Made by a program: the position numbers and the translations under genes. This document shows, in pieces, positions 26,319-38,882 of a DNA stretch of 64,000 nt. The notes below the pieces were generated by a model that searched no databases, was not told the origin of the DNA, and worked only from the letters and a program-made list of their open reading frames with translations. This stretch comes from Octopus sinensis (lineage: Eukaryota). The DNA is taken from assembly GCF_006345805.1 (NCBI RefSeq), contig NC_043008.1:38812001-38876000 (forward strand), read 5' to 3'. Each line of letters opens with the position of its first letter. Position 1 is the first letter of the stretch.

Positions 26319-26493
26319 GGAGACTTCACAAGAAAACCAGAGACGAAGACAGGTGGTGTAAACAGCAAACAAATGCACCAGTTTAAGTCTTTTACGTTTC
26401 GAGCCTACGCTCTTCTACAGAAAGGAACACAGAACGAAACAAGGAGAGAAAATAATGAATGTGTAGTGGCTAGCGATCTATCATGGCAAACGA
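26318..26493 (-). mobile_element. Short dispersed element, family E, within (TA)n
   Basis: Shares aaac(c)a.a(g)agacgaaga.aggtg and tta(c/t)gtttcgagc.tacgctctt..acagaaagga with 63560-63710. Confidence 0.65.
26389..26425 (-). ncRNA. Minimal type-I hammerhead-like motif with a variant core (family E)
   Basis: Minus strand CUUU-CUGUAGA-A-GAGC-GUAG-GCUC-GAAA-CG-UA-AAAG: stems I and II pair, palindromic ACGU stem III, GUA cleavage triplet; U instead of A at core position 6. Confidence 0.55.
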
Positions 26494-26512
26494 TATATAT
26501 ATATATATATAT

Positions 26513-26567
<55 letters not shown>

Positions 26568-26602
26568 TGTATTTATATGTATATATGTATATATACGTAT
26601 AC

Positions 26603-26633
<31 letters not shown>

Positions 26634-27902
26634 TATGTATATATGCAAATTCTTATCATTTCGTTTTCTTATTTTGATATTCTTACCTATTAACCTTTTA
26701 TCCCTTAAAATTGTTACTTTTCTAGTTCTTAAATGGATATTTTTCATTTACTGAAGTCCATGCGAGATGGTTATACAAGTTCCATATACGTATATAAATG
26801 CGTGTGTATCTGTATGCATCTTTACTTTTTTTCTGATTCGTGGCTTAAAATTAATAGATAGCATATTTATCTTTCCAGTTATTCCATAAGTAAATGCCCT
26901 GTGCAGTCTTTAGAAAAAACACCTAATAAGTGATTAAGTACATGAATGAATATTAACCTGATTTTATGTAATCTTACCTTTTTAATGCTTATAATTGATA
27001 TATACACACATTTCACCTATTTCGGTTATGATGCCATTTCTGAAGATCTTTAACTTTATTTCTATACAGCATAGCAATATTGTTTATAAACAATTACACA
27101 CAGTGCCCAAAATAAAATTTTCTTTGTATTAACAACTTAGGTTCCTGCGTCTTGTCCCTTTAACTGGTAATTAACATCATGATTTAGAGCCTACCCCTAC
27201 CCAGCCTCTTTTTATAGACAGTTGCTTATAATTAAGTGACTACTCCTAATGTGTTCATTCCTCCCTGAGGAAAATGGAGACATATGATGATATTTATGAT
27301 CATACCTAGCCATGAGCTGTCAACTCAATCTTGTCCTTTATTAAAAAATAGACAGTCTTCTAGTTTTAGATTTAGTAGCTGATTAAGAGATAAATGGATT
27401 AGAAAGGAATTACAATCCCTTACAATACTATGACCCAAAAGGCTTCATGCGATTCTTGTAAGTGTAGTCTATTCTTAGTTACAATTGCGACAACATGAAT
27501 TTCTTCCATCTTCTTGCTCTGTTAAAATATTTGAGAAAAATTATATTCATGTGTCCTAATGTTTAAAATTCTATGTATTTATTTGTGCAGCTGAAGATGT
27601 CACTGAATTTAAATTGATTTTTTAATTAAATGGAGCCGCTTGAAACAGTCGTACTACAACATTACTTGATATACTGTTGCTTATTTTACGTAACATGCTT
27701 CACGATTTTAGTTTACATATTTTATTAGTATTTCCTAAGTTCTATATACTCTGAGAATGCATTAAAACCCTTCTCGGGGCTACCTTATTTGAATTCTTAC
27801 TATCGGGTAACTAATTTCATGTGATTGCATAACTGACTTCACAATTACCGGGTACGTCAGTTAGTATATGTATGTGTGTATATGTATATGTGTATATATA
27901 TA

Positions 27903-28650
27903 TCGACATGAGTGATGATACCTCTTTCCAAGTGCACATTACCAGGATGGCGAAAAAGTGCAGACGACTGGCTGGGTGGATCCTAAGAACATTCAGAACC
28001 AGAGATAAGGAAACCATGATGGTCCTCTGGCGGACATTCGTCCTCAGTCGCCTGGATTACTGCTCACAGCTATGTTCACTCACCAGTGTAAAATTAACAG
28101 CGGACCTTGAAGCAATCCAGAGAAGATTCACAAAGAAGATCATCTCTTTGCAACAGCTCAGCTACTGGGAAAGGTTGAAACAGCTAAGACTCTAATCCTG
28201 GAGAGAAGACGGGAGAGGTATGCAGTAATATATGTCTGGAAGATCCTGGAAGGAATTGTGCCAAATTTTGGCATTGTAAGCTACACCAATGCTAGAACGG
28301 GACGACACTGCATAGTGCCAAAGATCCCAGCAATGCCATCACGCTTCAGGACCAGCTTCTGCAACAGTCTGGGTTTCAAGGGTCCACAGCTTTTTAATAT
28401 TCTCCCAAAGAGTCTGAGGAACTTGCACAAAGTAGATGTAGCGGTTTTTAAATCAAAGCTGGACATCTTCCTGTCAAGAGTCCCAGATGAACCTACCACA
28501 CGGCAAGAGGTGCAAATGAGAGTAGCTATATCAAACTCCATTCTTCACCAAGTGCCACATATTAGACGAGGTTTGTCGTAATAACAGTGTAGCACAAACC
28601 GGCGGTGCATCAGCATGGTCGCAGCTCTGAGCTGAAACTAGAAAAAAAAA
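27903..28650 (+). mobile_element. 5'-truncated CR1/L2-type LINE (RT C-terminus, 3' UTR, A tail)
   Basis: WILRTFRTRDKETM..SRLDYCSQL..LEAIQRRFTK..LSYWERLKQLRL / ERRRERY..VWKILEG..GPQLFNILP..FKSKLDIFL; one stop plus a frameshift near 28193; tail ggcggtgcatcagcatggtcgcagc..gctgaaactag(A)n. Confidence 0.88.
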
Positions 28651-28877
28651 ATATATATATATATATGTATGTATGTATATGTATGTATATATGCATGAAT
28701 CTGAATATAAATACAGTGAATACTATAATACATTAAATATATATTATAATATAGGTAGCCCGTGAGCTATTAAAACCTAAATGTAAAATAATAAACAGCG
28801 ATATATATCAGTACAGGGAATGCTAGAAATAACTGTTAAAATGACTCGAAAAGCCACACAAAACACTAAATACGTAT

Positions 28878-28920
<43 letters not shown>

Positions 28921-29094
28921 TGCGTGTGCGCGCATGTGTGTACGTGTGTGAGTGTGTGTATATATGTATGTGTATATGCGTATATATGTATATGTATGTA
29001 TAAATATATATATATATACATATGTATATGTATATAAGTATGTATACGTACATATAAATGGACATATATATATATATATATAATTGTACGTATA

Positions 29095-29128
<34 letters not shown>

Positions 29129-29621
29129 CGTGTATATATGTATATGCGCGTGTATATATGTATATGCACGTGTATATATGTGTATGTATATATATATATA
29201 TATATGTATACATATGTATGTCTATGCCTATATATGTGTGTGTATCTATCACACACACACAAGCACGCACACACAGACGCACACACATACACAAACACAC
29301 ACATATATATATTTAGGTTAGTTGAAATATTTTTGTCTCATATTTCAACTGGTAAAGGCAAATACACTGCAGTTACCGTGAACAAAAAATCTCTCTAATG
29401 GTAAAATGGTGTGAAAATACAAAGTTCGTTCAGTGTTGACATCTCTCGGAAATGTCAGACATCAATGTTTCGAGTTTTTTTGGGGTTTTTTTACTCTTGG
29501 CAATAGCTGTACCTAGGAAAGACAACACTGAATGAACTTAATAAAGCTATAGCTTTATAAATATTTCAGTCAACACTTTGACTGATTTACACTAGTAGGT
29601 CTCCCGATCAAATTAACGGAT

Positions 29622-29737
29622 CATGGGTGCAAAACAGTGTTTAGAGATGAGCAGAATTTAGGTTAGTTGAAATATGCTTGTCTATATTTCTACTAACCTA
29701 AATTCTGCTTATACCTAAACACTGCTTTGCGCCTATG
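29622..29737. mobile_element. Small fold-back element (MITE-like hairpin, ~55-bp imperfect arms)
   Basis: catgggtgcaaaacagtgtttag..agcagaatttaggttagttgaaatat versus atatttctactaacctaaaattctgct..ctaaacactgctttgcgcctatg. Confidence 0.7.
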
Positions 29738-29966
29738 TTCCACATATATATATGTATAGTTCATATTCATTTAAAAGAAGAAGAAAATGGAGATTACGAT
29801 GTTGCTTATCGTTTATTATTAACAGCAAATAGTTCATCTTCCCTTACAGCTGTTTCAATTAATACTCAGTAAACATTAAATTTGCATTTATGCGACATGA
29901 GCATATCATCAAAAAGAAAAAGATGTCCTTTTGGATGCTATATGTATGTTTCTGAATTCATTTTAG

Positions 29967-30046
29967 CTGGCCTACTTTGTAAGAAGGGTGGCTTTCGCCG
30001 AACAACCAGCTGGACGAAAAATAAAACCATTCACAGATTAAATAAA
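29967..30046 (+). CDS. Candidate 80-nt coding exon (-GLLCKKGGFRRTTSWTKNKTIHRLNK)
   Basis: tttctgaattcattttag| ... AATAAA|gtaagt; open in phase 1 to 0; alternative donor TTT|gtaaga after 12 nt. Confidence 0.4.
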
Positions 30047-30485
30047 GTAAGTAGAATCAACAGACATCTAACAACTGGGAGTGATAAAACTTAAAACTTT
30101 GTTTAGACATCTGTCTAGGGGAAGGGAAATTCTGTTATAATAACTGCAGTTTCGTTTGCATCCAATCAGGTAAACTAGACTTTTGTCGGCAAAAGTATGT
30201 TATTTAAAGAATGGGATTGGCTCTTTGCAAAGCATTTCCTCACTCTGGACGCTTGAGGCATAGAATAACTTGATTTTTAACATCTATATTGTGTGTTGCA
30301 TATAATGGCTGGCTGTAACTGCAAAAGGAAAACCACTCAATGAAAAATTCCTTGATGCAAGAAGCGATGGTTGTTTCCACATCAGTGCAAAAGAGTGTAA
30401 AAAACTTGCACAACTGAAAAGCCACATCCATGCTGCTTTTGTATATATATATATGTGTGTGTGTGTATACATATACATGTATATA

Positions 30486-30947
30486 TGAGGTCTGATCAGT
30501 AAGTATTCGGACTGTTGCCATAGTAACGAAGCTAAAGTACACAGATTGGAGCCACTTAGCAAAATTAATCTTGAACTCTGCTGTACATGTGCTCCAAATT
30601 TTAACCTTCTAGCTAACTTCTGCTGTTTACAGCAGTGCATGGTAGGAAGGTGTGTAGCGTGTGATCGTAGCATTGACCATGACAGCGAATGTTGTTATGG
30701 CGATACCTGCTCAGAGGCCTATACAAAGTTGCGGAAAGTGTATAGAGAGGAGTTTATGAGCCGCACACAAGCGTATGAGTGTTTCAGAAGTTTCCAAGAT
30801 GCCCGACAAAATGTCGATATTGACGGTCGTTCTTGGAGACCCGAAAGTAACAAAATTGAGGAAAACATCACAAATGTGCGTGCAGCTGTGAGGGGAAATC
30901 TTCGAATCACCATCCGTGAGTAATCAGAGATTGTGCAGATTAGTTAC
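30486..30947 (+). mobile_element. Mariner 5' fragment (TIR plus transposase HTH region)
   Basis: TA then tgaggtctgatcagtaagtattcggact; GDTCSEAYTKLRKVY..MSRTQAYECFRSFQDARQNV..GRSWRP..NVRAAVRGNLRITIRE*. Confidence 0.82.
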
Positions 30948-31011
30948 AGTTATTATATATATATATTATATATATATATATATATACATTAATATATATA
31001 TACATAATATA

Positions 31012-31160
31012 TTAAGAGTTAATTGCAACAGTTGCTCAAAAACCACATACCGAAATATTAGAAATAGCAGCCAAAATTGATCACTATTTCCTATCAATTT
31101 TGGCTTCTATTTTAATATTTCGGTATGTGGTTTTGAGCAACTTGTTGCAATTAACCCTTA
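31012..31160. repeat. Imperfect ~65-bp inverted repeat with a short spacer
   Basis: aattgcaacagttgctcaaaaaccacataccgaaatatta.aaatag.agccaaaattgat versus atcaattttggcttctattttaatatttcggtatgtggttttgagcaacttgttgcaatt. Confidence 0.85.
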
Positions 31161-32159
31161 ATTATAATTAATTATAACCCTTACCAAATATGGTGTTTTC
31201 CATACCGATTAAATCTACTAGGTGAAATTTATTAATTTTATAAATTATAATTATATTCCACCCTTTTGCCATATATATTTTTATAGATATATATATAATA
31301 TATATATATATTATTATTATATTATTATTATTATTATATTATTATTATTATATTTAATTGAGCGCCATGCATCCATTCCCGAGTAAGTTTATCTTCACCT
31401 CTTTGATGCAACTCTCTTCTCTATACTGTTTCCTTCATCCATCCATCTCTAGTTCCCTTTTCTCCCCTCCCGCTTTCACCATTTTCTATCTGTCTCTTTC
31501 TCCCCTCGTAGCTGACACATGGCAAGCGTCCATCTTTCTTTTCCTGCACGGTCGTTCAAAAGATTGAATGTTCTATTTCTATCCTAGCTTTTCTCTTTTC
31601 CAAAGAAACTATTTCTCCCAGCGTTCATTCTTTTCTTCTCGTTCTGGTCTAACGACCCGCATGTTTGTTTTCGTTCGGTTCATTGTATGTCTCCACTGTT
31701 CTGTTTGACCCTCCATAAGTCCTAAATTTTATTTTAGAATTTGTGGGATAAACTGTCTTTGAAGACTCGTATTGACGTTGAAGAATCGAAATGAGAAGTA
31801 GATAGACAGCCGTCAACTGATGAAGAGTCTTTTCTCTGTGTTTTCTTGTCCTGTTTTTTACATATTTCATGTTGTTTGCACACTTGGTGACGTCCTTTAC
31901 CCATATAGACATAAACATATTATTTATCATTATATATATATGGTTTTGTGTAAAAGAAAATACAGGAGGAGTTGCAGTTCTTTATGATTTTATTGAACAT
32001 AATCACCTCTCAGATTCAAACACTTCTTGCAGCGGTCCTTTAGTTATTCTAAGCACTGCAAAATAACTCGGAGAGTTGGACCTCCAACCGAGCCTTCCGT
32101 GATAACCTTAAAGCCAGGAATTTTTCAGCTCCTCCTCGAGTATATATATATGTATATAT

Positions 32160-32394
32160 ATATATACACACATCTCTATGAATATTTGCTTATATATATA
32201 TATGCATCTCTTTCGCTCTCTCTCTCCTCTTCCATTCTCACTCTCTTCTTTCTATCTCTCTTGCTTTCTCCGTATATATATTATATATATATATATATAC
32301 ACATCTTATGAATATTTTGCTTTTATATATATATGCATTTCTTTCGCTCTCTCTTCCTCTCTCACTCTCTTCTTTCTCTCCTATGCTTTCTCCG

Positions 32395-32430
<36 letters not shown>

Positions 32431-32529
32431 ATACACACATCTCTATGAATTATTTGCTTTTATATATAATGCATTTCTTTCGCTCTCTCTTCCTCTTCCA
32501 CTCTCTTCTTTCTCTCTCTCTTGCTTTCT

Positions 32530-32540
<11 letters not shown>
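32160..32540. repeat. Three tandem ~134-bp units built from (TA)n and (CT)n blocks
   Basis: atacacacatct(c)tatgaat.atttgctt..tgcat.tctttcgctctctct at ~32162, ~32296 and ~32431. Confidence 0.85.
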
Positions 32541-32593
<53 letters not shown>

Positions 32594-33505
32594 TATATAT
32601 TATATATATATATATTACATGCACACAAATATATATATATATATATATACACACATGCACACATACGCCACATATATATACGCATCTGAAAACATCGTCT
32701 AGAAACCCATGCATGTAGCAATAAACGTGAGAGCAAGATTTTCAGCCGAGCCAATAAAGTTTACTTTATTTAAAACAATATTGTTAAGACATCCAGACAG
32801 ACCTAGTCGACTGGAAAGCATCTCTTTACCCTTCTTTATTGTCTTCCATTTATCTGTTTAATGGTATGCTCTTTCTTTTATTCTTTCATTTTTACACTTT
32901 TTATATCTATAACATATTATACGTTACACTTATGGCTTTTTTATTCATTCCTATGTTTTATGGTTTAACCTCTGTGTGTGTGTGTGTGTGTGTGAGCGTG
33001 TATGAGTGTATGCCTGCATATGTGTGTGTCTATAGATATATATCTATGTATGAGTTATATATTCATATATGTATATATATATACATATATGTATGTATAT
33101 ACATAAACATATATAACTCCTATATATATGCATATATATATATATATATGTATATACATAAATATATGTAATTCATACAGACATACATACAGATAGATAT
33201 ATATATATATATATAGATATATAGATATATATATATATATATATACATATTATATATATATATATGCAAACACATTTCCACACATACATATTGCATATAC
33301 ATAAAATATATATATATACTGATATATATATACTTGTATATATACTTGTAAATGTGTGTCTTGGTATGTAAACACATATTCACGTATGTATGTATGCATG
33401 TATGGTATATATATATATATAATATCTTATATATATGTGGTGTGTATATATATGGGATGTATATATTAAATATATGTATATGTATATGTATATATTATAT
33501 CATAT

Positions 33506-33560
<55 letters not shown>

Positions 33561-33736
33561 ATATATATATATATATATAATACATATTACAATATTAGCA
33601 CGCGCAAAAACATACATAAATATTACAAACGCATTCAAACATAAATACACACAATCAGAGACATACTGGTATAATCATACGTGTGTGTATGTTCGGATTA
33701 TGTGTCTGTATGCACACGCATCCCAACCCCAACAAA

Positions 33737-33767
<31 letters not shown>

Positions 33768-34305
33768 TATTATTTTTTTATCTAATACCTTTCATTTCCT
33801 CCCAGTGTATATATCAACTCTTGTAACCGTTGTTGTTCTGTTTTCTCGATCGGCACTCTTATTTATGCCTCTCGTATTTTTTCAAGAATTAATTAAACTT
33901 CACAGTTTCTGATTACGTCTTTTCAACATAATTTTGCTTTTATTAATTGTCCCTCCGCCCACAATTCACAGTTTTCTTGGCACTGCCGTCAAGACCAACA
34001 GACACAGACTCCACTCGTATTTATGTAGCTATGTGTTCACACGTATAAACCCATGCAAGTATGCATTTTAGAATATACAGATTTTTTTATACGAAGGGAT
34101 ATATGTGTATTTTTTAAAAATATTTATACTTATTTTCTACTTATGTCTATGTGATAACATGTATATATGTTTGTGTGTGCATGTGTGTGTGTACGGATAT
34201 ATGTATATAGATATAGATATATATATATATATTATACATATTATATATATATATATATTATACATACGATATATATATATATCCCTGCATACATACATAC
34301 ATGCA

Positions 34306-34371
<66 letters not shown>

Positions 34372-34690
34372 ATATATAGTATGTATGTATGAACGGATAT
34401 ATATATATCTATATATGTGAATATAATGTGTGTGTGTGTGTGTGTATGTGTGTGTGTGTGTTTGTATAAGTGTACGAACGAAAGTATCGATTCCTTTCCT
34501 CCAAGATAAAAATTTGATAAATAAGACATAGATAAAGGAAGTATATAAATAATAAAATAATTGAATTAAAATAAAATAAATATAAAGTAAAGGAATGAAA
34601 GAGAAAATAAATTGATGATATATATGCATACATTTTTGTATATATATATATATACATTCATCAACACATAAATACATACATATGTATGCA

Positions 34691-34729
<39 letters not shown>

Positions 34730-34896
34730 CATAGGCAGACGCACATACACATGTATAAATATTGTACGAGAAATTAAAATTTGTATTCGAGCATCATAAT
34801 TATACTTTCTTTATTAATAATAATAAAAACAACAGTGATAATAATACTGATATCAAAAGCAAGAACAACAACAAAAACAACAACAACAACAACAAC

Positions 34897-34938
<42 letters not shown>

Positions 34939-35364
34939 TTTTCATTATTTTCACTTCACCAATAAATATAGATGAGAGAAATAAATAGAGCAGAAAAGCT
35001 TTCATTAGATCTTTAGTGTAATTTAATACAATTCAAGCCGGTTAAATTCGGAACTTTATCTAGGATATATTTCAACAAATGACCCTGTGTTAATCGTGTG
35101 TGTGTGCGTGCGCATACATGTTTGAATGTGTACCAACGTTGAGTATTGTCGGACGAGTATATGTTACAGAGTACATGATTTATTGAAAAATATATTTCTA
35201 TATCACGAGTCGAGTTTCGCGCTTATTCGATGATTTGGTGAGAACTTTTATCACCCAGTTTGGTGATATATTTTTTATTTGATGCCGAGGGTTTACCCTC
35301 TCGCTTGTGTCTGTTCATTGGCCTATTTTTGCGTTAGCAGATTGGTTGTTTTATCCTGTCCCGC

Positions 35365-35365
<1 letters not shown>

Positions 35366-35438
<73 letters not shown>

Positions 35439-35508
35439 CATTATTATTATTATCATTATTATCATTATTATTATCATTATTATCATTATTATTATCATTA
35501 TTATCATA

Positions 35509-35548
<40 letters not shown>

Positions 35549-35812
35549 GAGTGAGAGAACAGTGCATGATATCAAAGTGACACGGGTAGAAAATACGAAG
35601 CCCAGTACACCCATCATAAGTACCCATCCCATTCAAAAGGTCCCTGAATAAGGGTTGTTTAAGAATGATGAACAAAACACCCATGTTTCCAAAGGTGAAT
35701 TATCCAAACCCGAAAGAATTCCTCTCAACACATGGCTATAATGGTCCTCCACTACTTCTGCTCATATCATCAGCCACTAAGAGACATGCTCAACTCGTAA
35801 AGGTTAAGCAAA
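35366..35812 (-). mobile_element. 3' end of a non-LTR-like repeat (35549-35812) whose tail runs into a ~180-bp (AAT)n/(GAT)n tract
   Basis: The minus strand ends ...gtgtcactttgatatcatgcactgttctctcactcaataataat; no protein motif. Confidence 0.45.
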
Positions 35813-35865
35813 TCTGTGGTATTGAGCTGAATATTTAATAAAAGATTATTATTATTATTATCATT

Positions 35866-36168
35866 ATCACCGTGACCGACCAGGCTATCAGATGCTGCTA
35901 CACATCGCTGGTCACAATGCGTTTCGCATTGTTTTAGCCTTCAAATGACGCCACCCCGCTGGCCAAGCGAGCCGACCAAAAGAAGAAAGAGTGAGAGAAA
36001 GTTGTGGCGAAAGATATAGCAGGGATCTCCACCACCTCCTGCCGGAGCCTCGTGAAGCTTTAGGTGTTTTCGCTCAATAAACACTCACAACGCCCGGTTT
36101 GGGAATCGAAACCGCGATCCTACGACCGTGAGTCAGCTGCCCTAACCACTGGGCCATTGCACCTTCAC
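35866..36168 (-). mobile_element. SINE C with an alternative 3' tail
   Basis: Head and body match 8463 (tggcccagtggttagggcagc..gtttcgattccc..cacaactttctctcactct); tail gctggccagcggggtggcgtc..cggtcacggtgataat differs. Confidence 0.88.
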
Positions 36169-36209
36169 ATATTATTATTATTATTATTATTATTATTTTA
36201 TTATTATTA

Positions 36210-36246
<37 letters not shown>

Positions 36247-36281
36247 CATTATTATTATTATTATCATTATTATTATTATTA

Positions 36282-36312
<31 letters not shown>

Positions 36313-36351
36313 CATTATTATTATTATTATTATATTTTGGTTTTGCTACAG

Positions 36352-36456
36352 TTTATAGAAGCTGCACACAGGTCTCAATCAGAGATGTCAAATGACAATA
36401 GAATATTTCGTTTATCGATGCTGACAGGGGAGGTGCGACGCAATTTCACAATTGAT
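36352..36456 (+). CDS. Candidate 105-nt coding exon (FIEAAHRSQSEMSNDNRIFRLSMLTGEVRRNFTID)
   Basis: ttttggttttgctacag| ... ATTGAT|gtgagg; phase 0 to 0, compatible with 29967-30046. Confidence 0.35.
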
Positions 36457-37006
36457 GTGAGGCAAAATTAAACCGAATAATTGACCGTGGATATAAAAAA
36501 AAAAATATGCTGATGTAGAAATATCTATATTCATTGTAATTATCTTGAATATATTCTCGGTACGATATTTATGATCCAGCCAAGTGAAACCAGTGTTTAG
36601 ATATCGAATAAAATACAGTGGGATTGCTTACTTCAAGTAATTCCAGGTACTCCTTACAACTAACTGAGCACTCGTACGGTACCCCCTTGATATTTTACCC
36701 CTATTTATTATTGTTTTCATATATATATATATATATCGTTGCTGTTATGTAAAAGTGTCGTAAGTTCAAAATCTTGCTTTTCCAGAAAACGAAAAAATAG
36801 TTTCACCATTCTATAACAAACTGTTGTGCTACACTTTGAGAATTTTTGATACCTTGGCATCTGAAACTCCTGGAGATACGATTGTTTGACCAAAAGAACC
36901 GGTTATTACAAGCAAAAATTAAATATTGAAAACAAAAATGCATTTGGTCAAATTTGAACGTACGACACTTTTTAACATAATAGCAACGGTTTATATATAT
37001 ATATAT

Positions 37007-37049
<43 letters not shown>

Positions 37050-37667
37050 TATAGATAGATAGATAGATAGATAGATAGATTGAGAAACTGAAGAGTTCGT
37101 AAAGATGTAAATTAATTTATAGACATAGTTCCAAGGTGAAAGCTGAATACAAATAAATTTTATAAAAAAACAGTGAAATTTTGTATATATCAATCCCTTA
37201 TGAGGATAAGATATCCTCGAATTGACTCAATATAAATGTGTGTGTGTGTGTGTGTGTGCGTACGTGTGTGAGTGCGAACGTGTGTGTGTTCATATGTGTG
37301 TGTGTGTAGGTAGGTAGGTAGGTAGGTAGATACGCATATATGTACGTCTATGGGTGGGTAGGTGTTTAGGTAAAATGGTTGGTGAATAGAAATTAAATGT
37401 TATAATTGAATTAGAAATTTAAATATTTATTTCATTCTTAGAAATTTATCGTCTAAAACTAAGATGCCATTGCTACAACATTAATTACGCTGCGAAATGA
37501 AACTATATTCTCATGGGGAAAGCAAATGTAGTTTTGTCAGAGAAAATTTTATGCTTATCTGGAACCTGACATCAGTGTTTTCCCATCAAAATCTATTTTC
37601 AAGATTAATACATTTTTTTTATTCATCTTAGTTATTAATATAAGGATAATGAAAAACAAACACGCAT

Positions 37668-37702
<35 letters not shown>

Positions 37703-37967
37703 TACATGTATATAGTATACATATGTATATAAATACATATAATGAACTCAATGTATCATTTTTCACCATGAACTAGAAGATAATTAAAGAGCGTAATATT
37801 AATTAATTAATTGCCGAAAGAACAGGAGTCACGTAATCGCATTCAGTTCATCTACAGCTGTTTCTGCTACAGGTGCACCTATAACAGGGGCTGAGTTGCT
37901 GTACGATATCTTATACCTTCCTTTAAAACCACCTGAACTAAGCCACATATACATACACACGCTCATG

Positions 37968-38027
<60 letters not shown>

Positions 38028-38130
38028 TGAAAATTAAATAAGGGTAGAAAATGATGTTAATCAATTAAAACCAGTGGCTTAGCATATTTGAAAATCCGAA
38101 GATCAAAAATTGTGTTACGTACAAAATTAA

Positions 38131-38301
38131 AAGGAATGACCACTAAAGCTGACACTAAAGTGGACACACAAATTTGTCTTGCTCATTTTTACATTTTGGC
38201 GTTTTTGCTGAAATTTTTTCTTGTGAAAACATTCTTCTTGGTAATGGCGATTTGACGTCTATATTTAGCATATAGGGTGTCCACTTTAGTGGTCATTCCT
38301 C
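38131..38301. mobile_element. MITE with TTAA flanks and purine termini (Kolobok-like)
   Basis: ttaa|aaggaatgaccactaaag...gtgtccactttagtggtcattcctc|ttaa. Confidence 0.6.
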
Positions 38302-38396
38302 TTAATATAATAATTATAATAATTTGCGGGAATATTATTCCTAACTTACAAGGAAAGATTTAATTTAGAAATACTAAATCAATTTCACAAAATATA

Positions 38397-38459
<63 letters not shown>

Positions 38460-38574
38460 TAGAAAAAAAAAACACCTTCTATCAATTCAAAATGAAAAAT
38501 TTAATTACACCATCTAGAAAATACATATAATAGAAATATTAAATACAAGATAAAAATAGTATACCGATGATTAA

Positions 38575-38882
38575 GTAATGTGCAAGGGGAGAAGAAGGGG
38601 GAGAAGCAAACACAGGTGCAGGTGTTTGAGCGTGGACGCCAACTCCGCCGCCATCGACACACGAAACATTATGCATTAAAATGGAATAAAAAATGATGTT
38701 AAATTATTTTTAAAATCGTAGACTCATCGTAGACGCGCGCTAATAGCCAGACGGGCTTGATATTAATCACGACTATAAGATACCCGAATTTGGTTAAACT
38801 GCACCGCAAAATGTGGGAGGCGTTAGGAATCTAAATCGTAGGAGACAGACACTCACACAACTACAGTTTTATATATAGAGAT
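38575..38882 (+). mobile_element. Probable Helitron/Helentron-type non-autonomous 3' fragment
   Basis: CpG-rich block ending gacagacactcacac..ttttatatatagagat, the same terminal style as 41728-43549. Confidence 0.4.

Noticed and set aside
27591-27652. CUGAAGA...GAAACAGUC hammerhead candidate
   Set aside because: Stem I does not pair and the base of stem II does not close; only an AT-rich internal hairpin forms.
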